A stretch of 20,000 nt of DNA from an uncultured virus (IMG/VR IMGVR_UViG_3300049460_000369) (Duplodnaviria > Heunggongvirae > Uroviricota > Caudoviricetes). Under the pieces are notes generated by a model. The model searched no databases, was not told the DNA's origin, and was given only the letters and a program-made list of their open reading frames with translations. This document shows positions 8,139 through 15,433 of the stretch, in pieces (position 1 is the stretch's first letter; each line of letters begins with the position of its first letter). Both the position numbers and the translations under genes were made by a program. The stretch lies in IMG/VR virus record IMGVR_UViG_3300049460_000369. One strand, written 5' to 3'.

Positions 8139-8531
8139 ATGATATTCAACCACGCACTGATAGTCGAAGACGATGAATTCACACAAGACCTCATCGCAGA
8201 CTTTCTGACTGACTTGAATATCCCACAAATATCAACAGCATCCAACGGCCAAGACGGACTGCAACTCCTACTCAATAACAACCCGCCAGACCTCCTACTC
8301 CTCGATATCAACCTGCCTATCCTCGACGGATACCAGGTAATCGATAAACTCTCAAAACACAACTACCAGGGCAAAATAATCCTGATCTCAGGATCATCCC
8401 TTAATATCCTCCCCAGTGCCCAACTCCTCGCACGCTGGTCTAACCTCATAGTGGGCGATTACTTGATCAAACCATTCGATCAATCCTCCCTCCACGCTAG
8501 CATCCAATCCCTATCCTCACTCACCATATGA
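8139..8531 (+). CDS. Stand-alone response-regulator receiver (CheY-like REC) protein
   Basis: LIVEDD acidic pocket, DLLLLDINLP..DG phospho-acceptor Asp, ILISG, YLIKPF; no output domain. Confidence 0.9.
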   Translation: MIFNHALIVEDDEFTQDLIADFLTDLNIPQISTASNGQDGLQLLLNNNPPDLLLLDINLPILDGYQVIDKLSKHNYQGKIILISGSSLNILPSAQLLARWSNLIVGDYLIKPFDQSSLHASIQSLSSLTI

Positions 8532-8684
8532 TTGAAATCTTCTCGAAGAAGACAAAGATCATAGAACCATATTCTTGACGAAATATGTCAAAACAAGCAC
8601 TTCCGATGTCGTAAACTCCAGGTAGGTATTTCAAAACTTGATCGATTTCTGACAAGAAATCTCAATTTCCTGATTCCTCATACC

Positions 8685-8713
8685 TTGACTATAATGCCAT
8701 CTGAACGTAGTAT
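8685..8713 (+). promoter_or_regulatory. Sigma70-like promoter with CATCTGAA spacer element
   Basis: TTGACT-17 nt-TAGTAT; CATCTGAA at 8698-8705. Confidence 0.65.
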
Positions 8714-8736
8714 GTGGCAATAAATGAAAGGATCAT

Positions 8737-8937
8737 ATGAGCACCAACGAAGATAAACTGCGCGAGAAACTGGTTGACGCCAAGATCGCCGATGTGACAG
8801 TCAATGACATCGAATGCCATGGCATTGCGGGCATCAAAATTACGCTGTACGACGGCTCCGTCATCGAATTCTACGCACGTGAGCGCAATGGAGGCGGCCT
8901 CATCGTTGTCGACACTGGTGACGATCTCGTCAGCTAA
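8737..8937 (+). CDS. Hypothetical protein
   Basis: 66-aa ORF with SD AAGGA. Confidence 0.75.
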   Translation: MSTNEDKLREKLVDAKIADVTVNDIECHGIAGIKITLYDGSVIEFYARERNGGGLIVVDTGDDLVS

Positions 8938-8951
8938 TAAGGGAGTTTGAC

Positions 8952-9233
8952 ATGAAAGTTAAGAGCTCTCTGGTGCTCGCTATGGCAATTGACAAGATCA
9001 AAAGCGGCGAGACGCAATACGGCTGTGCTGCAATCACGTTCTCTATGAATGATCTCCAGGATCAACATGGGTCATTCCCAGTAAACAAAGCCCAGAAACA
9101 TTACGAACATTTCATGCCCGAGTGGGTCAACCTCAGCATGAAAGGCATTCAACGTTGGTGGCCCCTAGGTGATCCTCTTCGCCTGGAAGCACTCGAAGCA
9201 GCACGCCAACGGGCACTCAAATCAAACGACTAG
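8952..9233 (+). CDS. Hypothetical protein
   Basis: 93-aa ORF with SD GGGAG. Confidence 0.75.
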   Translation: MKVKSSLVLAMAIDKIKSGETQYGCAAITFSMNDLQDQHGSFPVNKAQKHYEHFMPEWVNLSMKGIQRWWPLGDPLRLEALEAARQRALKSND

Positions 9234-9241
9234 GAGAAGAT

Positions 9242-9517
9242 ATGACCCCTGAAGCTCTTCGTGCTGTCATGCAAGCACACTATCCACCCAATGCAAGTTG
9301 CTGGAGCCAAGCTACCGATGAAGTTCGGGATCTGTGCCGCTATGCCCGTGAAGATTTGGGCTTACCAGAAGATCAGGCAGTAGACTTCCGTGTGTTGAAA
9401 ACGCCCGAAGCGTGGAACACTATCGGCGTAAATGGCCTTGTGGCCTTCTACCGTCAGATGACTACCCGGCAGCAAGAAGCTTTCGTTGAAAACAATAAGT
9501 GGGCGTGGACCAGATAA
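9242..9517 (+). CDS. Hypothetical protein
   Basis: 91-aa ORF with SD AGGAG. Confidence 0.75.
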   Translation: MTPEALRAVMQAHYPPNASCWSQATDEVRDLCRYAREDLGLPEDQAVDFRVLKTPEAWNTIGVNGLVAFYRQMTTRQQEAFVENNKWAWTR

Positions 9518-9520
9518 TAG

Positions 9521-9549
9521 TTGATCTCCACACCAAATGAACCTATAAT
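9521..9549 (+). promoter_or_regulatory. Sigma70-like promoter with CAAATGAA spacer element
   Basis: TTGATC-17 nt-TATAAT; CAAATGAA at 9534-9541. Confidence 0.75.
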
Positions 9550-9581
9550 AGGAACATGATAAACGAAATGGAGTAAACACA

Positions 9582-10022
9582 ATGGCTGACCTGCTTAACT
9601 TCAACGACAAAACTCACCCACTGAGCGAGCAATCGTCTGCACTGTTCGATAAGTTGGTGCCAGCAGTTGGTAAATGCGACACCCTCCAGGGTGAGTTGCT
9701 TCGTGCATCCAGCAAGATCAGTTACGACTGGTACAACAACGGTTGGGGCTGTAATAACTGGTCGGGTGCGGTGATCTACCTGCAACGTCACCTGCAAGTT
9801 TTGCCCGTACAGCCCTCGCCAGCCGAACGTCAGCAACTGGCCAAGTCGCTGGCCCGCGTCTACAACTTCTCGCACGGCGAACGCGTCCGTGGCTCCATCA
9901 GCGACAGCAGTGTAATGAAGCACATCACCAAAATCCACGAGATCGTGGTCGCGGCCATCCTGGCTAACCCAGAACCGGTCGACAATCCGATCGATATGTG
10001 GGACCTGAGCGAACGTTACTAA
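9582..10022 (+). CDS. Hypothetical protein (LVP..G...T.QGELLRA...I.YD.YNNG motif)
   Basis: SD GGAG; own promoter and terminator; the motif resembles a recurrent uncharacterised phage/bacterial family (recalled, not searched). Confidence 0.8.
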   Translation: MADLLNFNDKTHPLSEQSSALFDKLVPAVGKCDTLQGELLRASSKISYDWYNNGWGCNNWSGAVIYLQRHLQVLPVQPSPAERQQLAKSLARVYNFSHGERVRGSISDSSVMKHITKIHEIVVAAILANPEPVDNPIDMWDLSERY

Positions 10023-10041
10023 TCGTCACCAGTAAGTCATG

Positions 10042-10064
10042 GGGCTCCTTCGGGAGCCCTTGTT
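10042..10064 (+). terminator. Intrinsic terminator (UUCG tetraloop)
   Basis: GGGCTCC-TTCG-GGAGCCC followed by TTGTT. Confidence 0.8.
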
Positions 10065-10121
10065 GTATTGGTGCTTAATCTCATGCCTCCGACGCTTAAA
10101 TACGGGTTTGGAGGAGTTCCA

Positions 10122-10472
10122 ATGGATCAACAAGATCTGGATAGCCTGGTTGCCCGCTTCGTATGGGGTATGGTAGTCATCATTGACACCAATACAGGCG
10201 AGAATTATATCATGGGTAAGAATCGCACTAGAATGCCCGTACCGTCATATTGTGACGACATGGTTGCCGCTAGTGCAATTGAAGAGAAACTTGAAAGTCA
10301 GGGATACTTCCTGACTGTGCGCAATACTCTGGACAACAAGACAAGTCAGTGGATTGCGTGTTTCCTAAAAGATGATGGCAAGGACTATATGCCAAGTGTG
10401 CATGAAAGTTTGCCAACTGCGATTTGTATGGCTGCTGTTGCTGCCATGCAGGGGAGTAATCTTAAGGCTTGA
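10122..10472 (+). CDS. Phage ABA-sandwich-domain-like protein
   Basis: SD GGAGGAG; LD.LVA..V.G ... P.YC.D..AA..I.EKL ... S.P.AIC.AA pattern typical of that family. Confidence 0.6.
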   Translation: MDQQDLDSLVARFVWGMVVIIDTNTGENYIMGKNRTRMPVPSYCDDMVAASAIEEKLESQGYFLTVRNTLDNKTSQWIACFLKDDGKDYMPSVHESLPTAICMAAVAAMQGSNLKA

Positions 10473-10518
10473 TTTGCGTTCATTCATGTAGTAGAGTGGA
10501 TGAACTAAGGAGATCAAT

Positions 10519-10776
10519 ATGAGCAAAGATCAAAGCAGCTTTCCGATCTACCGCGATGTGGCTGTTCCGATTCGTGAAAAGCAAGTCCACATTCGCAAAA
10601 TCGGTGGCCGTCGTTATCATTCGTTTATCGACACCTACGGCGACCTGCCAGGTGCTGTCTTTACCGAAAACGGCATCCAGGAAGTTGTCAACCCTCGTGG
10701 CCGTGCTTACGCGGCCCGGCGTCGTCTGAAGCACCGCAAGGGCGCTTTCATCAAAGCCAAGAACGCCTCAATCTAA
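10519..10776 (+). CDS. Small basic hypothetical protein
   Basis: SD AAGGAG; R/K-rich C-terminus (RGRAYAARRRLKHRKG). Confidence 0.75.
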   Translation: MSKDQSSFPIYRDVAVPIREKQVHIRKIGGRRYHSFIDTYGDLPGAVFTENGIQEVVNPRGRAYAARRRLKHRKGAFIKAKNASI

Positions 10777-10778
10777 AG

Positions 10779-10804
10779 AAAAGCCCAGGACGTCCTGGGC
10801 TTTT
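10779..10804. terminator. Bidirectional intrinsic terminator between convergent genes
   Basis: Perfect 26-nt palindrome AAAAGCCCAGGACGTCCTGGGCTTTT. Confidence 0.85.
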
Positions 10805-10806
10805 TC

Positions 10807-11172
10807 TTATTCATCTTTCTTCAAGTCTTCAATCATCAACCGCTCCATGACGCGGTATTGATCGTACATTTCTTTCAGGGCTGGAAACTTCTCATGCTTC
10901 TCAAAGTTGGGCGTTAGGATCAACAGCCTGTCCTTGATTGCACGCATGAAGTCCACCACTTCGCCTACCGTTGCCTCCTGGCCCTCACTGCCAGTCAGCA
11001 CAACGTCGTTCATGATTACTGTGCCCGAATTTACAGGCGGGGTCTGCCAAGCTGTTAGCAGGCCATTTGACACCAACACTTTCCCAGGTGGTCCCATCAT
11101 TCCCATTGCACCACATGGACCTTGCATTCCCATATCTCCTTTATCGCCTTTGATATAAACTGGATTACTCAT
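10807..11172 (-). CDS. Hypothetical protein with short collagen-like Gly-X-Y repeat; paralog of the upstream gene
   Basis: GDKGDMGMQGPCGAMGMMGPPGK; C-terminus VDFM..IKDRLLILTPNFEKHEKFPALKEMY; ATG 11172 overlaps the upstream stop (ATGAGTAA). Confidence 0.8.
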   Translation of the reverse strand: MSNPVYIKGDKGDMGMQGPCGAMGMMGPPGKVLVSNGLLTAWQTPPVNSGTVIMNDVVLTGSEGQEATVGEVVDFMRAIKDRLLILTPNFEKHEKFPALKEMYDQYRVMERLMIEDLKKDE

Positions 11173-11590
11173 CTGGGGTATGATCCTCGCGCATGAGTTT
11201 GTCAAGCACCAGATACTGCTCGTAGGCTTCCTTTAGGGCTGGAAATTTTTCATGCTTCTCAAAGTCTGGTGTGAGAATCAGCATTCGTCGTTTCATGATG
11301 TCCATGAAATCGACTATCTCATCGACTGATACTTCCTTACCGTCTGATGATAAGAAAATAGTTTTGGGCTTGCTAATTGAAACTGGGCTAGCCGAGATAG
11401 TTGTCCAGCCATTTCCTCCTCCCCCGCCTCCACCGCTCCCAACGCTCATACCAACGCCGGGTCCTCCTCCTCCAGTATAAATCATAGTCTGTCCTGTGTT
11501 TGTGTCATAGTAAGCTTGGCCTAGAGTTGGTGGTGACACCATCGTAATGCCAGTTGACATTGAGTTTACGTATTGTTTGGTTACTGCCAT
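11165..11590 (-). CDS. Hypothetical protein with poly-Gly tract; paralog of the downstream gene
   Basis: SD GGAGG; GSGGGGGGGNG; C-terminus VDFM..MKRRMLILTPDFEKHEKFPALKEAY. Confidence 0.8.
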   Translation of the reverse strand: MAVTKQYVNSMSTGITMVSPPTLGQAYYDTNTGQTMIYTGGGGPGVGMSVGSGGGGGGGNGWTTISASPVSISKPKTIFLSSDGKEVSVDEIVDFMDIMKRRMLILTPDFEKHEKFPALKEAYEQYLVLDKLMREDHTPDE

Positions 11591-11724
11591 ATTGGCCTCC
11601 GTGTTGACTAGAGGATAAGATAACTAGAAATTGAATCAACTTTTTATTGATGTAGTTGGCATGAAATATAAAATTGATTGCTATACGAGATACGAACAAC
11701 AACAACACTCGTGAACTTAAAAAT

Positions 11725-12258
11725 ATGGCCGCAGAAACAACATTCACCGGAAGTTTAAGGAAGGAATCATCAGACAGCGCCAAGCTGTTGATGTACCTGA
11801 ACTTTAAAAAAGAGCACATGGAAGAACTCCAGCTCGACACATACAAATTTGTCATTCTTACCAAACGTGGTATTCGGTATACCGCTAAGTTTCTTGAAAA
11901 GAAAACACCTAGAACTCTCACCCTGAGTAAGAACCCAAGTGGGGGCGCTCGCTTGGCTGTTCCGCCTTGGATTTTTGGCTTGGAGAACGTATCCGATTGT
12001 GTGGAAGCTAATACGTTCGATGCTGAGTACCTGGATGATAGGACGGGACTTCAGTTCGACTTTGACGCAGAAGAATTTCTCAAACCCAAAGAGAAAGCTC
12101 CGATCGCAACGATTGCCACCAGGGAAGATAAAATCGAAGCTGGTTTCAAACCAGACTCGGCTTGGGGAGTAAAATTCCAAAGCGAAATCGACGCCAAGAT
12201 TCAAGCTCGCATCAATGCGTATATGAAATCAAAATTTGGACTTGACGATGACGCCTGA
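11725..12258 (+). CDS. Hypothetical protein
   Basis: Long ORF (first ATG 11725, start uncertain) overlapping the next gene's start. Confidence 0.7.
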   Translation: MAAETTFTGSLRKESSDSAKLLMYLNFKKEHMEELQLDTYKFVILTKRGIRYTAKFLEKKTPRTLTLSKNPSGGARLAVPPWIFGLENVSDCVEANTFDAEYLDDRTGLQFDFDAEEFLKPKEKAPIATIATREDKIEAGFKPDSAWGVKFQSEIDAKIQARINAYMKSKFGLDDDA

Positions 12259-12955
12259 AACTCAAAAACTCATCGAAGCACAAGTGGCTATTCATACTGA
12301 GTACATCACTGACTGGCAACGAACCCACGACTATGGTATGATTCGCTTGTTTGATGTCAAGACCCAGAAACTCGTCAGCCCACCGAATCTAATGCGACGT
12401 GGTAATGACTTCTTGGCTGCTGCATACTTGCACGCACTTGCCATCAATAGTCCGTTGGGTGACGATTGTGTCGACCACATGGGCAACGCTTATGAGCTGA
12501 AACTGGCGTATATCAAATCTGAGGATATGAGTATAGGCAAACGTGGGGCGTTGATACAAGGCGTTCGTGGTGGTCCTGAGAATACAATCCAGGCTAGATT
12601 CAAAATCTACGAAGGCACTGACCGTAACCACCACAATAAGGATACGGCATTGATTCTTATGTCGTATGACCACAACTGCTTCATAACCGGCTTTATGCTC
12701 AAAGGCGAAATCGTGGGCGAGCTACTTCATGAAGGCAATCAAACCACGGTTGCCCGTACCATCTCCCTCAGAAATTTCATTGAACATGGTCGCGAATTCG
12801 GGTCAAGTGTACCTCATATTGGTTGGACAAACTATCGAGAAACCCTGTTCGATTATGTGAAAGCACGCGAACAACGGCTTCGACCAGAAGAGACAGAAGA
12901 GGTCGTGGAAAAGTGGGTTAGTTTTGCGGACCCACGTACACTCAAAAAACTTTGA
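12248..12955 (+). CDS. Putative PD-(D/E)xK nuclease, type II restriction-endonuclease-like
   Basis: GDDCVDHMGNAYELK resembles the recalled PvuII catalytic segment GNDAVDNAGQEYELK; single motif only. Confidence 0.55.
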   Translation: MTPETQKLIEAQVAIHTEYITDWQRTHDYGMIRLFDVKTQKLVSPPNLMRRGNDFLAAAYLHALAINSPLGDDCVDHMGNAYELKLAYIKSEDMSIGKRGALIQGVRGGPENTIQARFKIYEGTDRNHHNKDTALILMSYDHNCFITGFMLKGEIVGELLHEGNQTTVARTISLRNFIEHGREFGSSVPHIGWTNYRETLFDYVKAREQRLRPEETEEVVEKWVSFADPRTLKKL

Positions 12956-12957
12956 TG

Positions 12958-12998
12958 ATATGGCAAAACGAATATTGCATCGTTTTGCCATATGTTTT
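12958..12998 (+). terminator. 14-bp perfect inverted repeat / terminator
   Basis: ATATGGCAAAACGA-8 nt-TCGTTTTGCCATAT followed by GTTTT. Confidence 0.65.
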
Positions 12999-13005
12999 AT
13001 AAATA
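12998..13005 (+). promoter_or_regulatory. T4-late consensus promoter TATAAATA
   Basis: Exact match, directly upstream of the structured hsp20 leader. Confidence 0.65.
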
Positions 13006-13009
13006 GATA

Positions 13010-13094
13010 CCGTGAATAGCCCATGAGGGGATTCACGGCGGGAGCCCAACGCGGTCCCAATACTAAACTCGCTTATTAAAAGGAGACTACCATG
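13010..13094 (+). promoter_or_regulatory. ROSE-like RNA thermometer in the hsp20 5' UTR
   Basis: Hairpins CCGTGAAT/ATTCACGG and GGGA.../TCCC, then CTCGCT (13068-13073) pairing with SD AGGAG (13081-13085) with a bulged G, matching the U(U/C)GCU ROSE motif. Confidence 0.7.
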
Positions 13095-13499
13095 TCTAAT
13101 AATCTTATCAATATTCTGTTCCGTGAAGCAATTGGCTACGACGTACTGACCCGTTTTGGCGAACCTCGCAAGATCGACAACTATCCACCACACAACATTA
13201 TCAAACAGGGTGATGTCTATACTCTGACTTTGGCTGTTGCTGGTTTCGGACGTGACAATTTGGAAGTGTCCGTTGATGCTGGTCACCTGCGTGTCAAGGG
13301 TGATTTCAAAGACGAGAACATTGTAGCCGATGATGAAATCCTGCATCGTGGTTTGGCATTCCGTAGCTTCGATCGTTCGTGGAAACTTGGCGAATACGTA
13401 GAAGTAACGAACGTCGCCTTGGCTGATGGCCTTCTGACCATCGCACTGGAACAAAAGATCCCAGACGAACAAAAAGCTCGCAAGATCGATATTCAGTAA
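13092..13499 (+). CDS. hsp20: Small heat-shock protein, Hsp20/IbpA family
   Basis: IG.D, NYPPHNII, LAVAGF, LHRGLAFRSF.R, LADGLL.I.L, IP....ARKI.I motifs. Confidence 0.95.
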   Translation: MSNNLINILFREAIGYDVLTRFGEPRKIDNYPPHNIIKQGDVYTLTLAVAGFGRDNLEVSVDAGHLRVKGDFKDENIVADDEILHRGLAFRSFDRSWKLGEYVEVTNVALADGLLTIALEQKIPDEQKARKIDIQ

Positions 13500-13520
13500 G
13501 ACCCCTTCTCCCCTAGAAGG

Positions 13521-13549
13521 AATGGCACCAAAAGGTGCCATTTTGTTTT
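13521..13549 (+). terminator. Intrinsic terminator after hsp20
   Basis: AATGGCACC-AAAA-GGTGCCATT followed by TTGTTTT. Confidence 0.8.
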
Positions 13550-13614
13550 CAGAAAGATATATTTTTCGTTAAAGACTCACGCTATACTTTGGCTTCCTTT
13601 ATCTGGGTGGTCAA

Positions 13615-14052
13615 ATGCACTGGTCTCTTCATCAATGGTTGATGGTTGTAATTCTGTCTGGCGTTGTTCTTCGTATCGATAAGCTCTTCGATGAACGTGG
13701 GTGGAAACAACGTTGGAAGTTGCTAGTGTTCATTGTGGTTATGTTCTTCTGCGGATTCTCAGATCAACGTGGCTGGCCAGCCCGTCTTGATGATGTTGAT
13801 AACTTCGTGTACATCAGTGGCGTAGTCCAGAAACCAACCGCAGATGATGACGGCAAGATCTTTATCTGGGTTCGACTGAAAACTAATCCAAAACTGCCAT
13901 TTGCCATAGAACTACCGTACGATGATGAATTAGCCAAGCGTGTGAACCTTGCCAATCTCCAGTCCATTATTGAAGGCGAAATGAGCGTTGATATATCGCA
14001 GTTTAAACCTATTCGCCAACCCAAAAAGAAACATGAATACACTGAAATATAA
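13615..14052 (+). CDS. Membrane-anchored hypothetical protein
   Basis: Two N-terminal hydrophobic segments, then GWP ... IFIWV ... P..IELPY. Confidence 0.75.
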   Translation: MHWSLHQWLMVVILSGVVLRIDKLFDERGWKQRWKLLVFIVVMFFCGFSDQRGWPARLDDVDNFVYISGVVQKPTADDDGKIFIWVRLKTNPKLPFAIELPYDDELAKRVNLANLQSIIEGEMSVDISQFKPIRQPKKKHEYTEI

Positions 14053-14362
14053 ACTGTTCCTGGATGATGAACGCTACCCCCCAGATGATGACCCATGTGC
14101 TCGCTGGTTGGTTGCGAGAAGTGTCAGTGAAGCACAAGACACTATAGCTCGAATGGGCTATCCTGTGTTCATTTCATTTGATCATGATCTTGGAGACAAT
14201 GTTCCATCTGGCTTCGATCTGTCAAAATGGATCGTTGACCAAGACCTTGATAATCCGGTGTTGCCAATTGAGTTTGACTTTTATGTGCATAGTCAAAATC
14301 CGGTTGGCGCCGCGAACATCGAAGGATTGCTCAGAGCATATTTGAAAATGAAAACAGGTTGA
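14033..14362 (+). CDS. Cyclic-phosphate-processing receiver-domain-like protein
   Basis: KLFLDDER.P, ARS..EA, ISFDHDLG, GFD..KW, VHSQNPVG signature of this REC-like family. Confidence 0.8.
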   Translation: MNTLKYKLFLDDERYPPDDDPCARWLVARSVSEAQDTIARMGYPVFISFDHDLGDNVPSGFDLSKWIVDQDLDNPVLPIEFDFYVHSQNPVGAANIEGLLRAYLKMKTG

Positions 14363-14387
14363 CAAACTACTTGATTTCATTTACCAT
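14359..14387 (+). promoter_or_regulatory. Sigma70-like promoter of clpS
   Basis: TTGACA-17 nt-TACCAT. Confidence 0.65.
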
Positions 14388-14413
14388 ATGGCATCTTACT
14401 CGAAGGAACTACA

Positions 14414-14716
14414 ATGACCACCGCTACTGCAACTGAAACAAAGTCCAAGACCAAGCTGACGGAAATGAAAATGTGGAACGTCATGCTGAAGAATGACGAT
14501 TACACGCCTTTCCACTTCGTGATCGAAGTGCTCGTCCAACTGTTTCACAAGGACGAAGCAACGGCTAATGTGATCGCAACCGCAATCCACAACAGCGGCA
14601 AAGGTCATGCAGGTGGCCCGTACACGAAAGAAGTGGCAACCCAGAAAGCCCACGATGTGATGCAGATCGCCCGTAAATGGGGTCATCCGCTGGTGGCTGT
14701 TGCGGAAGAAGCATGA
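14414..14716 (+). CDS. clpS: Clp protease adaptor ClpS (N-degron recognin)
   Basis: V.L.NDDYTP..FV..VL...F, IH..GK...G.YTKEVA..K, HPL; SD AAGGA. Confidence 0.93.
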   Translation: MTTATATETKSKTKLTEMKMWNVMLKNDDYTPFHFVIEVLVQLFHKDEATANVIATAIHNSGKGHAGGPYTKEVATQKAHDVMQIARKWGHPLVAVAEEA

Positions 14717-14889
14717 TCGTCGACGCCCCCGATAATAACCTGCTGGTATTCATTGCCGTGGTTGGCGTGATGCTGTGCGGTATCCTGCTGGATAATGGCT
14801 ACGTCTGCACCGCCTTGGCGTCATTTGTGGTAAGTTGCGGATGCGCTCTACTGCTGTGGGTTCGCCACGAAAAAGGTCTGTTTATGTGA
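14713..14889 (+). CDS. Small two-TM membrane protein (58 aa)
   Basis: ATGA overlap with the clpS stop; two hydrophobic segments. Confidence 0.7.
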   Translation: MIVDAPDNNLLVFIAVVGVMLCGILLDNGYVCTALASFVVSCGCALLLWVRHEKGLFM

Positions 14890-14912
14890 CGTTTGCTGAC
14901 GTCCAGTGACAC

Positions 14913-14946
14913 AAAAAAGCCGGGAATTGTTCCCGGCTTTTATTTT
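14913..14946 (+). terminator. Intrinsic terminator
   Basis: AAAAGCCGGGAA-TTG-TTCCCGGCTTTT followed by ATTTT. Confidence 0.85.
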
Positions 14947-14972
14947 GACTAAAAACCTGATTGCCCTATAAT
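14945..14972 (+). promoter_or_regulatory. Sigma70-like promoter
   Basis: TTGACT-16 nt-TATAAT. Confidence 0.6.
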
Positions 14973-14996
14973 CAACTTATTAACAAAGGAGCAATT

Positions 14997-15344
14997 ATGG
15001 GTTGGCATATCAGTTTGCAGATCAATAATGTGGCCATCTCTGATGAATGCGCCGCAGAACTATTGGAAAAATGTCCACATATTTTCGAGTCATACGATGA
15101 CGACTTCGATGGCGTGCGTGAGGGTACGACATTGTGGTTCAACTATGATCACATGGAACACATGGATTATGTTGGGGATAGTAAGGTGTTGGCCGTATTG
15201 AAAACACACAAAGTCAATGGCGACATTTGTTTCAGCAGTGCGGATGGCGATAACTCAGGTAGTAACTGGGGTTATCGATTCAAAGACGGTGCTATGACTC
15301 GTCTTAAAGGCGTGGTCACCTACGTGGAAGTCAAACCTAAATAA
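14997..15344 (+). CDS. Hypothetical protein
   Basis: SD AAGGAG before ATG 14997; acidic, with DHMEHMDY motif. Confidence 0.8.
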   Translation: MGWHISLQINNVAISDECAAELLEKCPHIFESYDDDFDGVREGTTLWFNYDHMEHMDYVGDSKVLAVLKTHKVNGDICFSSADGDNSGSNWGYRFKDGAMTRLKGVVTYVEVKPK

Positions 15345-15433
15345 CATTGATTTGAAGTTGGTATTAGGTATCAACTTCAAAATGTAGTAACATGATGACA
15401 TAAAAATAGCATCACAACAACTTGAATAGATAC

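Noticed and set aside
14885..14912. Three short TGAC repeats at 10-11 nt spacing
   Set aside because: Too short to distinguish from chance; not seen in the other intergenic regions
15351..15381. Inverted repeat TTTGAAGTTG...CAACTTCAAA before the TGT-like gene as a preQ1 riboswitch
   Set aside because: I could not identify the preQ1 aptamer consensus; more simply a terminator or operator-like hairpin. An Rfam scan would settle it
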